A DNA stretch of 64,000 nt from an uncultured Chlamydiae bacterium (GCA_963730605.1 CAVSSM010000001.1:1-64000); one strand, 5' to 3'. Numbered from the stretch's first letter, positions 39,882 through 49,883 are shown. Made by a program: numbers and translations. Notes: generated by a model not told the origin, from the sequence alone.

Positions 39882-41330
39882 TCAAATAATCTGATGAAAG
39901 TCGATGTGGCCTTTGAGGACATCGACATGGGCGAGCCTGACTCGGAGATAGTCGCCGACGTCTAGGTCGCAGCCCCCCTTCGTCAGCTTCCCCTCGACGG
40001 GAAATTCCATGAGCCGGACCCAAGTGCCCCGGTCGGTCTTTCCCGTGACCATCGCCTTGAACTGCCGGCCGATCTCTTTGGCAAGGACCATCGCCGCGGC
40101 GCACTTGGCAAGCCTCCTTTCCACTTTTTCAGCATCGGCTTCCTTGGCCGTGCATTGAGCGGCGATGGCAGCGAGCTCGCTCTTCGTGTAGAGATGGGGC
40201 TCGCCATAAAGATGGCTTTTCAAAAGCCTTTGCATGATCACATCGGGGAAGCGTCGGTTGGGAGCTGTCGTGTGGGCGTATTCCAGTTCCGCCAAGTTAA
40301 AATGGCCAAGATCTTTCGCGCGGGTCGAACTAAGAATATATTCCCCGCGGCCGATCAGTTTGATGACCGCAAGGGAAAGCTCGGGAAACGAAAGGGGGTT
40401 TTGTTCTTTTTGACGAAGAAGAAATGCCCGAAGGGCCTTGGGATCAGGTTTTGGGGGAAGGTCTTCCCCTAAAATTTTTGCTAGGCTGACGATCCGGTTC
40501 CAACGTTTTGGGATTTTGACGACCCGACTTAAAGTAGGAAGCTTATGTCGATGGAGAAATTCAGTTACGCATACGTTTGCTGCGATCATATAGTTCTCGA
40601 TCAATTTATGGGCCCGGTTCACAGCCCTTTCTTGCAGGCCGACGGGGATCCCATTGACTACGACCGCCTCCAATTCACCGATCCCGAACTCCAGCGCCCC
40701 CTGGGTATTGCGAAAGGCCTGGATCTTTACCGCCAGTCGATCTTGCAAGGCGAGTTGCTTGATCAGTCCGGGGACGCTCGGGATGAGATGTCCCAAACAG
40801 ATCCCCTTTTCAACGCAGCCCGCGGCATTATGGTAGGTCAGCTTGGCCCGGTTGCGCACCAGGGCGGGATAGATGCCCCTCAGCGCGAACCTCCCATCGT
40901 TTGCGATTTCCATCTCTACTACGATGGCGCACCTGTCGGTATTTTCGTTCAGGGACGTAAGGTCGTTCGATAATTTGAGGGGCAGCATGGGAAAGATGAT
41001 GGTCGGCGTATAGACCGATGTCGTATTGTGGGCGGCCCTGGAGTCGATCGGCAGCCCTTTCTTCACGATCGCGTCGACATCGGCGATCGCTACATAGATC
41101 CGGTTATCCTCAGCATAGGTCAATTGATCGAGATCGCGGGAGTCATCGTTATCGATCGAGACCCAAAGGAGATCCCGCATATCGCGAAAAATGGGAGCTG
41201 TCCGCGGCTCGGCAGGAGCTTTGATCGAAGCCAATTCCAGAGCGACATCCTTTGGAAAGTCGGGGATAAAGCCCCGTTCGATCATCGCCTCTTTCGCAAT
41301 TTCAACAAGCGTTAAGATTGGACCCCCCAA
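39882..41330 (-). CDS. RNB-domain exoribonuclease (RNase II/R family); 5' end interrupted by a MITE
   Basis: SIDNDDSRDLDQ, VAIADV, ENYMIAAN, HTTAPNRRFPD. Confidence 0.92.
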   Translation of the reverse strand: MGGPILTLVEIAKEAMIERGFIPDFPKDVALELASIKAPAEPRTAPIFRDMRDLLWVSIDNDDSRDLDQLTYAEDNRIYVAIADVDAIVKKGLPIDSRAAHNTTSVYTPTIIFPMLPLKLSNDLTSLNENTDRCAIVVEMEIANDGRFALRGIYPALVRNRAKLTYHNAAGCVEKGICLGHLIPSVPGLIKQLALQDRLAVKIQAFRNTQGALEFGIGELEAVVVNGIPVGLQERAVNRAHKLIENYMIAANVCVTEFLHRHKLPTLSRVVKIPKRWNRIVSLAKILGEDLPPKPDPKALRAFLLRQKEQNPLSFPELSLAVIKLIGRGEYILSSTRAKDLGHFNLAELEYAHTTAPNRRFPDVIMQRLLKSHLYGEPHLYTKSELAAIAAQCTAKEADAEKVERRLAKCAAAMVLAKEIGRQFKAMVTGKTDRGTWVRLMEFPVEGKLTKGGCDLDVGDYLRVRLAHVDVLKGHIDFHQII

Positions 41331-41332
41331 TA

Positions 41333-41622
41333 CACAAACAACTTCAAAAGTTGGTTTCTGCCTTCGTCGGACAGCCACTGTCTTTGAGCCCGCCTGCACC
41401 CCATCCCAAAGACGATGCGTCTTCGGGGACCTCGGCGCTCAACTTATTCAAGTTGAGCTGCAACGGCCCACCCCAAAAACGATGCGTTTTTGGGGACCCC
41501 GGACCCGGCGCTGCAAAGCCTGGCTTAAATTCAGGTCTGCTTCCCTTGAAAAAGCTCGAATCCCCGAGCTTTTTCAAGTGTCCGCAGCCTCGGCATATTC
41601 CCAACTTTTGAAGTTGTTTGTG
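41333..41622. mobile_element. MITE-like element family B with internal palindromic modules
   Basis: Perfect 22-bp inverted repeats CACAAACAACTTCAAAAGTTGG / CCAACTTTTGAAGTTGTTTGTG with TA on both sides. Confidence 0.88.
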
Positions 41623-41683
41623 TATATCTCTAGACATCTATCTTTTCCAGGAATATCATAAGCGGATATTTTTTGAAGTTATT

Positions 41684-42124
41684 ATGCCATCCCCGCTCCT
41701 ACAAATCACATCACCGCCCTGCTGCAGCGGCCATACTTACGCGCCGCCTCTAAACGACCAGCTTTTTTATCTTCTCGAAAAAGTCAGCGCGGTCGCGCTT
41801 GGGGTCATCGCCGCCCAAGTGAGCATAGCACTTTTCCTGTCATACTTTTTATTAGGAACAGCGATTGGCCTTTATCAATATTTTTACACCAATGCCGCCG
41901 AGCGAATCGCCAAGAACCGCGCATCCACCTGTTCGCAAGGACTGCTCGAGCAACTGACCGGAGCCAAACTGCCGCCTCTCGCTTCCCTAGCCGCCAATTT
42001 AGCTGTTACTTGGTGCCATATCCAGCACCACTCTGCGATCTTCGTCCCGATCATCGGTGTATCCCTAGGCGCTTGGGCAGGACAAACGGTCGGAGACCTG
42101 TCGCGTTTGTCCCGGAGAACCTGA
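41684..42124 (+). CDS. Hypothetical membrane protein (Inc-like hydrophobic pattern)
   Basis: Two long hydrophobic stretches. Confidence 0.6.
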   Translation: MPSPLLQITSPPCCSGHTYAPPLNDQLFYLLEKVSAVALGVIAAQVSIALFLSYFLLGTAIGLYQYFYTNAAERIAKNRASTCSQGLLEQLTGAKLPPLASLAANLAVTWCHIQHHSAIFVPIIGVSLGAWAGQTVGDLSRLSRRT

Positions 42125-42128
42125 ACTG

Positions 42129-42722
42129 TCAACTTTTGAATGTTTTTTCAGAGGAGCGAACCTGATCGGCCTCTCTAGAGCCATCCCAGGCTATGACGCT
42201 TCCCATCAAACCAACGAAGATAGGATCTATTTTTTGCATTGCTCCGACCCCGGCCACCCAGTGTGCGATCATGGCAGCCTCCGCTCCTGTAGCGATTCCA
42301 ACGCCAATGCTTCTACGAGCGATCCGATCGATGCCTCCTATTGCGGCAATCCCTTCTCCTCCAACCACTCCCGCGATCAGCGATCCTATAGCTGTTACAC
42401 CCCACTTCCAGTCTCCAGAGATCATGGCCAGCCCCAAGAACAGGAATCCATGCAAGGCTACCATATTCGCTTTGACTTCGGTGTCTCCTTCTCCTAACCC
42501 TACTCCAATTCCAAGGGTTAGGAGTCCCGGATCGATCCCTATGGCTCTTGCCCCAATCCAAGCGGCGACCCCAAGACAGCCCGCACAGGCTGCATGAATA
42601 AGAGCATCCTTCGACCCTGAACAGCCCGCACAGGCTGCATGAATAAGAGCATCCTTCGACCCTGAAGATTCGGCGGGGCGAAAGGGGGGTTGCGCGACTG
42701 TAGTGTCAGATTGAACTCTCAT
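42129..42722 (-). CDS. Gly/Ala-rich hypothetical membrane protein
   Basis: AGGAG RBS; hydrophobic; internal 15-aa duplication. Confidence 0.6.
   Translation of the reverse strand: MRVQSDTTVAQPPFRPAESSGSKDALIHAACAGCSGSKDALIHAACAGCLGVAAWIGARAIGIDPGLLTLGIGVGLGEGDTEVKANMVALHGFLFLGLAMISGDWKWGVTAIGSLIAGVVGGEGIAAIGGIDRIARRSIGVGIATGAEAAMIAHWVAGVGAMQKIDPIFVGLMGSVIAWDGSREADQVRSSEKTFKS
42576..42665. repeat. Perfect 45-bp tandem duplication inside a CDS
   Basis: ACAGCCCGCACAGGCTGCATGAATAAGAGCATCCTTCGACCCTGA x2, encoding SGSKDALIHAACAGC x2. Confidence 0.95.
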
Positions 42723-42826
42723 TATTTACTCCTGTTAATTTGGACAACATTTTATCAGAAACCGAAATTAAAAACAAACTATTCTTACCAATAAGTCATT
42801 TCTTGAAAAAACTCATAAGAGGCTGA

Positions 42827-43001
42827 GAGGGTGTCTACAATGTGAGGTTCTGTCGATTTTTCGGTTCTTTTGAGCCGATTTTCGATTCAAGACTTGGGGG
42901 GCAATATCGACAACAGTATATGGCCCCCCAAGCTTTGAAGTCGAAAAGCGGCCAAAATAATCCAAAAACTCGGGCGTTCCCTCACTTTGTAGACACCCCT
43001 C
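42827..43001. mobile_element. MITE family C copy 2
   Basis: Same ends as 25538-25709, flanked by TGA/TGA. Confidence 0.88.
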
Positions 43002-43216
43002 TGATATTCGGTGAGTTTGAGATGGCCTTGAGAGGTGCAAGAAAACGATTTAACGATAGAACTATAAAAAAATATAAAGGCAGAACGCGTCCTTGCCGCG
43101 TAATCTCCTCATCGTTACATCGTTATATCGTTTTATCGTTCCTCTTTGCTTTTTAAACACAGATTTTTCCCATGTACCCCCTTCTCTAATAAACCGCCTC
43201 CGAGTAAAAGACAGAT

Positions 43217-43846
43217 ATGAAACGGCTGCTCCATCTCATAGCGAGCCCCAGGGAGGACGAATCGCGCACGTTGCAGGTGGCGGGAGCATTCCTAGACGCC
43301 TTTGTGGAAAAGCATACCGAATGGGTCATCGATGAATTGGACCTATGCAAAGAAGACCTCCCCTCCATGACGGCAAAACAGGTGGGCGGCAAATATGTGC
43401 TCCTCGGCGGCAAAGATTTATATGGGAGATTGAAGGAAAATTGGGTAGAGATCCTGCAGCATATCGAAAGGTTCAAAATGGCCGATTTCTATCTTATCAG
43501 CTCCCCGATGTGGAATTTTTCGATCCCCTATATGCTCAAACAGTATATCGATCTCATCGTCCAGCCGAGATTCCTTTTTCAATATGGGGAAAACGGGAAG
43601 GCGGAAGGACTTCTCAAAGATAAAAAAATGGTGGTGGCCACCTCGCGCGGGGGCCAGTATACAGGTGAGACGATAGTCTTAGATTTTCAAGAGCCGTACC
43701 TTCGGGCCATTTTTGGGTTTGTGGGGATCACGGACATCGAGTTCATCAAGGCCGAGCCGATGGATATGGGATCGGCGCTTGCTAAAGAAAAACTCTTCGA
43801 CGCCAAAACCGCCGCAAGAGAGCTTGCGAGGCGCATCGATGTCTAG
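43217..43846 (+). CDS. FMN-dependent NADH-azoreductase / flavodoxin-like protein
   Basis: ASPR, PMWNFSIP..LKQYID, SRGG, YLRAIFGFVGI. Confidence 0.9.
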   Translation: MKRLLHLIASPREDESRTLQVAGAFLDAFVEKHTEWVIDELDLCKEDLPSMTAKQVGGKYVLLGGKDLYGRLKENWVEILQHIERFKMADFYLISSPMWNFSIPYMLKQYIDLIVQPRFLFQYGENGKAEGLLKDKKMVVATSRGGQYTGETIVLDFQEPYLRAIFGFVGITDIEFIKAEPMDMGSALAKEKLFDAKTAARELARRIDV

Positions 43847-45810
43847 GGATCTGCCGATCGGCAATGGCTCTGTGTTAATCGCATTCAATCATGATTTTCT
43901 CTTGAAAGAGTTTTATTTCCCTCATGTGGGCGAAGAAAACCACGCAGGCGAACATTTCAAAGTCGGGGTTTATGCAGATGAGCGGATGGCCTGGATTCCG
44001 GACGGCTGGCAAATAGAAAGAGATTATCTCGAAGACACCCTCATCACAGACGTCTCTTTACTCAATGATGAGCTGGGGCTTAAAATCGTGTCGAACGACC
44101 TTGTCGATTTCGAGGAGAATCTCTACCTCAAGAAACTGACGGTCGAAAACCTCCGAGACGAGAAAAGGGAAGTTCGCCTCTTCCTCTGCCAAGATTTCGA
44201 AATCTCCGGCAATGATGTCGGAAATACGGCCGCCTACAAACCTGAAAATAACAGCTTGCTCCACTACAAGGGCGAGAGATATTTTTTAGTGAATATCTGG
44301 GCCAATCACAAGTTCGGGATCGATTTTTTCGCCACGGGAAGTCATGAGACTTGGAAAGATGCGGAAGATGGAGTTTTGAGCGGCAACCCGATCGCGCAAG
44401 GCTCCGTCGATTCGGCGCTTGCCATACCACTTGTTTTGGAGCCGCGCGGAAAAGAGATTTGCTATTATTGGATCTCCATCGGGAAAAATTGGGAAGAGGT
44501 CAAGGCCCTCGACCTCATCGTCAAAAAAAAATCGCCCGAAGAGATTTTCCGCAGGACGAGAGACTATCTGGAAATTCTGGGTCTATAAGGAAGAGCTGAA
44601 TTACGACCTTCTCCCTGAAAAAGTCGGGCGGGTCTATCAAAGAAGCCTTCTTATCTGCCGCACTCAAATCAACAACACCGGCAGCATCATCGCGGCAAAC
44701 GATTCTGACGCGATCCGGTTTAACCGCGATACCTACAGCTACATGTGGCCGCGCGATGGAGCGCTCGTCGCTTATGCCATGGCTCTTGCTGGATACGAAG
44801 AATCCGAGAAATTTTTTTACTTTTGCAGCAAAATCATCGAAAAAGATGGGTATTTCCTCCATAAATATTCCCCAACGGGCTCTTTAGGAAGCTCTTGGCA
44901 TCCTTGGATCAAAGATCATCGGGCCCAGCTGCCCATCCAAGAAGATGAAACGGCGCTCGTTATCTGGGCGCTTTGGCAACACTACCTTCTGTACAAGAAA
45001 CTCGATCTCATCCGCGTCCTCTACGATCCTCTCATTAAAAAAGCGGCCGATTTCATGATGAATTACCGCGATCCCCGCACCAACCTTCCCCTCCCCAGCT
45101 TCGATCTTTGGGAAGAGCGCCAGGGCGTTTTGACCTTCACCGTTTCAGCCGTCTACGGAGGGCTCATGGCTGCAGCCCGCTTCGCGGAAAAGTTCGGCGA
45201 GGCGGGCCTGGCCAAAGACTATGCGGAAGGGGCCGCGAACATGCGTGCCGCAATGGATGAATACCTGTATCTTCCGAATGAAAAGCGGTTTGCCCGAATG
45301 GCAGAGTTTGGCCGTGACGGATCCATCCGGCACGACTCTTCCATTGACGCGAGCTTATATGGGATTTTTGCTTTCGGGGCGTATCCGCCGGACGACCCAA
45401 AGGTCAAGAGCACGATGGAGCAAGTATTTAGCGCCCTGGAAGTCAATGGAGGGATCTCGCGGTATGAAAACGATCCCTATTATAGGGTTGAGGGGCAATC
45501 CCAAAGCAACCCCTGGTTCATCGCCACCTTATGGAAGGCGCAGTACCTGATTGCTCTTGCCAAGACCGAAGAGGAACTGAAAGGCGCAAGCGATCTTTTG
45601 GAATGGGTCGCAGACCGGGCCATGCCAAGCGGGGTCATGGCGGAGCAGATGCACCCTCAAACCCTCGAGCCCCTTTCCGTGTCTCCTTTGACCTGGAGCC
45701 ATGGGGCGTTCATCGCTGCCGTACAAGAATATCTCAACCGGCGGGTCGCATCCTGCCCTTGCCCCCATTGCAAGGGTCCCCAACATTCCAAAACGAAGGT
45801 CTTAGACTAA
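43839..45810 (+). CDS. Glycoside hydrolase family 15 (glucoamylase-like), one frameshift near 44570
   Basis: YSYMWPRDG, IQEDET, DLWEE, RYENDPY, AEQ, PLTWSH. Confidence 0.9.
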
Positions 45811-45827
45811 AGACGCGAGTTAAAGAC

Positions 45828-46646
45828 CTACAAATCGGTTTTGGCTTCTTGGGACAATTGAGCGCAATCCTCTACCGAGGAGGCATACTTTTGCTGTAAA
45901 GTATGCTGTAGTTCCTTAGAGCTTTGAGAAAATAAATCGCAAAATCTTTGTTTCATCCATTTTTTTGTATCCACTGACTGTTTTTTCATAAACTGAAATG
46001 GTCTTGGATCGCAGAACTTTCTTGGAGGACCTATACATTCTGGATCTTTAGGATGGACTTTACAAAAAACAGGCTTGAACATCCTTTGCCAATCTTCTCG
46101 ATATGCATCCATTGCGCACTGCCATTCCGCTTCAAAGAGGAATTCTTCCAGTGTGGGATCCTTCATACCAAATTTTTTAAGGTAGTCAGGTCCCTTTCCC
46201 CAATCGCGATTGCAGCGCTTAGCTATATCTTTCCTTCCCTTATACGACACATATTCTTCCGTGCAAATTTGTTTGGCATATTCATCTATGTTCTGCATTC
46301 CGTTTTCAGCAAGAGTCGTATTCTGCTCCCCCATCTCGGCATTGAAGAGCTCAAAAGCGAGGGTGGCTAGAGGATCAGGCGCTTCGGGAGCCATCATGAT
46401 CCAAGGGCCTACATCTGTATAGAATGTTGACGAGATCACATTGGGCTTGAGCTTCTCTCCTAAAATCAGATTTCTCCGGCTTGCGACGCGAGACAAGAGT
46501 TCGTCTGCGGCGGGACATTTGCGAAAGTCATCGAGTAAGGAAACGAGAGCCTTAGCGCCATTCCACACATAAATATGCGATTGGGCAACCGGGTACTTCC
46601 AAGCATCAATCGTCATTCCCTGAACAGTCAGTGGTACATTCTCCAT
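45828..46646 (-). CDS. Cys-rich hypothetical protein, paralog-like to 20572-21423
   Basis: GGAG RBS after an AT-rich promoter region; shared motifs with the other ORF. Confidence 0.75.
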   Translation of the reverse strand: MENVPLTVQGMTIDAWKYPVAQSHIYVWNGAKALVSLLDDFRKCPAADELLSRVASRRNLILGEKLKPNVISSTFYTDVGPWIMMAPEAPDPLATLAFELFNAEMGEQNTTLAENGMQNIDEYAKQICTEEYVSYKGRKDIAKRCNRDWGKGPDYLKKFGMKDPTLEEFLFEAEWQCAMDAYREDWQRMFKPVFCKVHPKDPECIGPPRKFCDPRPFQFMKKQSVDTKKWMKQRFCDLFSQSSKELQHTLQQKYASSVEDCAQLSQEAKTDL

Positions 46647-46801
46647 ATAACAATCTCCAAAATTTATTTAAATATTGTACAACATATTAATTTTCGAATC
46701 AATACAAATATTATTTTTAATAAAACAAAATTTTTCATATTATTTTATTTATTTAATTAATCAAGTATAATATGAGATGAGATGAAAATCAGGATAAAAT
46801 A

Positions 46802-47788
46802 ATGGCAGTACAATTAAGTCGCATTTCCGGAGCGCAAACTCTAAAGCGGCCTATTCCCCAAGAGGCGAGGGCCTCTTCCCCCACTTCCAGAGTCTCCAAA
46901 GCCTACAGGGCCGTGGAAAAAGGGTGGAGCTACGGAGGAAAATCGCTGACAGTGACTCGGCATATCTTGAACGCGGGCCTGCGCGCCTCCCTTTGGGAAG
47001 GGAAAGAGACGACGGGAAAAGTCCAAAGCGTCATCTCACGCTCCAAATTATTCGCCGCGCTAGGTGTTGGTTTCAATCTGGCCACCTTCTCTACCCATGT
47101 GGGAAAAATACGGAAAAACTTCGAGCGGAGCGACATTGAGGGGCTCTCTCTTGCGCTGCTCACTTTTACCATTCTGATTGGAGACACCCTCGATTCTATA
47201 TTGACTTCTGTCAATGGAGCGATCGAGACTCTCGCCCTAACGCCCAGCCAATGGATTGCCTCTATCGGCTTGCCCCTTGGATTTGCCATCATGAGTTTGG
47301 GATCCCTCTCGCGCGCAGTGCGGCTTTATCATCTCCATCAAGCATCGAACGCGCTGGCCCATGTTGACTTTATGAAGACATCCGGCATGAGGCCGCAGGA
47401 AATCCATAGAGCGGTCACCCGATTTTTGAAAACCTTAAGGCTCGATGACCCGAAAGAGCTGGCCGCAATAGAGAGACATACCACAGACGGTGCGGCAAAG
47501 CTTTTGAAAGACCTCTCCTCTTCTTTGGAGAAGATCGACTCGTCCAATGAAAAGAACATGGCAGAAGTTGTGGAGACCTTTCATCGCATCCAAAGACACC
47601 TCCGCGAGGAAATGGCGATCCAAATAGCTTACAGCGCGACAAACCTCCTGCTCTTTACGTCGCTTTGCCTCATGGTCGCTTCCGCCGCAACGGCTCTGCC
47701 CTACATCCTCTTGGGGACGGCCTGGACCGCAAGGCTGCTCATCCAGGCCTATCAGGACCTCCAGCAAGATACTCTCCCTTACGCATAG
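46802..47788 (+). CDS. Hypothetical membrane protein (Inc/effector-like)
   Basis: Ser/Pro-rich N-terminus and several hydrophobic hairpins. Confidence 0.7.
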   Translation: MAVQLSRISGAQTLKRPIPQEARASSPTSRVSKAYRAVEKGWSYGGKSLTVTRHILNAGLRASLWEGKETTGKVQSVISRSKLFAALGVGFNLATFSTHVGKIRKNFERSDIEGLSLALLTFTILIGDTLDSILTSVNGAIETLALTPSQWIASIGLPLGFAIMSLGSLSRAVRLYHLHQASNALAHVDFMKTSGMRPQEIHRAVTRFLKTLRLDDPKELAAIERHTTDGAAKLLKDLSSSLEKIDSSNEKNMAEVVETFHRIQRHLREEMAIQIAYSATNLLLFTSLCLMVASAATALPYILLGTAWTARLLIQAYQDLQQDTLPYA

Positions 47789-48249
47789 ATCAGAAGAAGA
47801 ATCGACATAGCGACCATTCCCAGATCCTCGGTCAAGGTCACAGTCGAAAGAGGCACATCGAGGATAGTACCCATGCAGGCGCACTTGACATTAAGACTTT
47901 TCATCAAAGCCAAGATCACCCCAAGAGCCCCGGCGCCCAGAATAAGGATGGTCAGGATCGCGGTCGCAGTCGGCAGAAAAAAAGCCAGGTAGCTTAAGCC
48001 TAAAACAAGCTCGATTAAAGGGTAGGCAAGAGCATAAATGCGGCTTTTTTTTGCGATGATATCGTACATCTGGAACCCATCGGCAAACTGGATGGGATTG
48101 AAGAGTTTCAGAAGAGCGAATTGACAGAGGAAAAATCCCATGAAATAGGACATCCAGCTCATCCAGCCTTTCTGGGAGCCCCAAACAATGGCCCCAGCTG
48201 CAATGGCAGCGATGAGTATCAGACAAACTAAGGGCCAATATTTTTTCAT
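47779..48249 (-). CDS. MauE/DoxX-like membrane protein
   Basis: FMGFF..F.LLK, F..YDIIAK, YPLIELVLG, CACMG, TLTEDL. Confidence 0.85.
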   Translation of the reverse strand: MKKYWPLVCLILIAAIAAGAIVWGSQKGWMSWMSYFMGFFLCQFALLKLFNPIQFADGFQMYDIIAKKSRIYALAYPLIELVLGLSYLAFFLPTATAILTILILGAGALGVILALMKSLNVKCACMGTILDVPLSTVTLTEDLGMVAMSILLLIYA

Positions 48250-48260
48250 GAAAACTTATG

Positions 48261-48653
48261 TTACCAAAATGAGGATATGTCCAGCTCAAGAATATAGGGC
48301 TCCCCAAACTCCTTCTGATAGAGGATCGAGGTCAAGCCCCTCGCCTCTTCCATGAAAGCTTTTTCCTCGGGCCGAGATTTCCTTGCCGGGGTGTGATGCA
48401 GGTATTCCCCGAAAATGTTCAAACAGTCGCGCGTGTACTCCACTGTGTGGAGGATGTGCTCATGCCAAGCTTCGTCGATATCCGCCGCCGGCGCGAGCAC
48501 CTTTTCGGGGTGCCTTGTCAAAAGAATGAGGAAATTCTTATATCTCCTCACCGTCTCTTGAGCATCCTGCTCACCCCATTCCTTGAGATCTATCAACCTT
48601 TCCTCAAGAAACCTAAGATCCAATTCCTTTATCCGGGCTTCTTGGGACAGCAC
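48261..48653 (-). CDS. GRDP/DUF1399-like protein with clustered His residues
   Basis: YKNFL, P..DIDEAWHEHILHT..Y..DC..FG.YLHH.P. Confidence 0.8.
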   Translation of the reverse strand: MLSQEARIKELDLRFLEERLIDLKEWGEQDAQETVRRYKNFLILLTRHPEKVLAPAADIDEAWHEHILHTVEYTRDCLNIFGEYLHHTPARKSRPEEKAFMEEARGLTSILYQKEFGEPYILELDISSFW

Positions 48654-48925
48654 TTGGCCTCCTGCATCTCTCCTAATGCGGCCCTATGCAGCGCTTCCTC
48701 GGAAAGTTCCTTGAAATTCATGGGGCGGTTATGGAGGCGGATGACCCACTGGTCCTTCTCTTCGACAGCAACGCGCACATCGAGCGCATGGGGGATTTTC
48801 TCCATCCCCATCTCCTTCAGGGCGGCTTTCGGGTTTACCTTGAGCTTATCTTTGAAAGCCGGATCTTTCCAAGCGCGTATGTTGATTTTCGCTTCCGTTT
48901 GACGACGATCGAATGGTTCGGACAT
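48629..48925 (-). CDS. NHLP (nitrile-hydratase-like leader) RiPP-precursor-like protein
   Basis: EAKINIRAWKDPAFKDKL..NPKAAL..VEE..ELSEEAL..AALG then a short tail; AAGGAAGG RBS. Confidence 0.85.
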   Translation of the reverse strand: MSEPFDRRQTEAKINIRAWKDPAFKDKLKVNPKAALKEMGMEKIPHALDVRVAVEEKDQWVIRLHNRPMNFKELSEEALHRAALGEMQEAKCCPKKPG

Positions 48926-48946
48926 AAGACACCTTCCTTTTTAATA

Positions 48947-49143
48947 CCGCTCGTGACTGAAAAATCGGTTTTGGTGCGGCGTCGGCTTCTACTCAGATTT
49001 TTCATCTTCGCTTCGGTCCTTGCCCTTGGCAATGTCCCTCGCTCCAACTGAAAATTCTGAGGAGCTGCTTCGCTCAAAAACAGTCCCCCGGACTATTTTT
49101 GAGTGTCCGCAGTGCCCAATTCCCGTTTTTCAATCACTCCCGG
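48947..49143 (-). mobile_element. MITE-like element family A, basic copy
   Basis: TA-flanked inverted repeats; reverse complement matches 12692-13000 minus two inserts. Confidence 0.85.
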
Positions 49144-49264
49144 TATATGGTCTTAAAAAATTTCTTTAACAGAGAGGCTCTCCAAAATCAACCCCTGCCC
49201 GTTTATATCAATTGCCATTAATCCCATAATTAGTTAAATTACAATGAAAAAGATAAGGCGATTT

Positions 49265-49660
49265 ATGAGTTCTATCTTTCCAATTTTTAACTATCCAAAT
49301 ACAAACGAACCAAAAAATAAAGAAAACATCGTCTATCATTATCATAGAATTGAAATCGTAAATCCCAAACAATCAAACTCCTCTGAGCCAGGCTTTCCTC
49401 CAACGCGTATCGCTACGATCAAAAGTATCGGGGCCGATGTCCTGATTTGCCTGGGATCGCTGATCGGACTAATAGCCGGGATGGCGCTCGCCTTGCAAAG
49501 CGCAGGGCTTGCCTCGCCGGCGCTTACAATCCTCGCTACTCTTCTCATGCCCGCGGTTGCGGCCATCCTAGCCGGATCCCATTTGTCTAAACCCGATTTA
49601 AAACCCGATACAAAGCTCAGACTCTCTACTGGGATACCTGGCCTTACCTTCAATTCATGA
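49265..49660 (+). CDS. Putative inclusion membrane (Inc) protein
   Basis: Hydrophilic N-terminus and an uninterrupted bilobed hydrophobic stretch of about 45 aa. Confidence 0.65.
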   Translation: MSSIFPIFNYPNTNEPKNKENIVYHYHRIEIVNPKQSNSSEPGFPPTRIATIKSIGADVLICLGSLIGLIAGMALALQSAGLASPALTILATLLMPAVAAILAGSHLSKPDLKPDTKLRLSTGIPGLTFNS

Positions 49661-49699
49661 AGAGGTTGCAAAATAATTAACAAATTTTGTTATTTTAAT

Positions 49700-49729
49700 T
49701 TGACTTTAATTATATAATTATTGTATAAT
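49700..49729 (+). promoter_or_regulatory. Near-consensus sigma70/66 promoter
   Basis: TTGACT-N18-TATAAT. Confidence 0.6.
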
Positions 49730-49883
49730 TTAGTCATGAAAAACAAAAGTTTGTTTATTTTTCATTCTAAGTCCCATCCGCATAAGCGCCGCTTCGGCGT
49801 AGCTTAATTTTCGGCAGCTTTCGGCTGCATTCCATTTTTTTAAAACCAATTTAAACAAGAACAAAAAAAGAGAGAACATTCTT

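Noticed and set aside
41344..41661. Short ORFs within MITEs (also 42813-43156, 48835-49077, 12607-12990)
   Set aside because: They are open frames across palindromic repeats, with no protein motifs.
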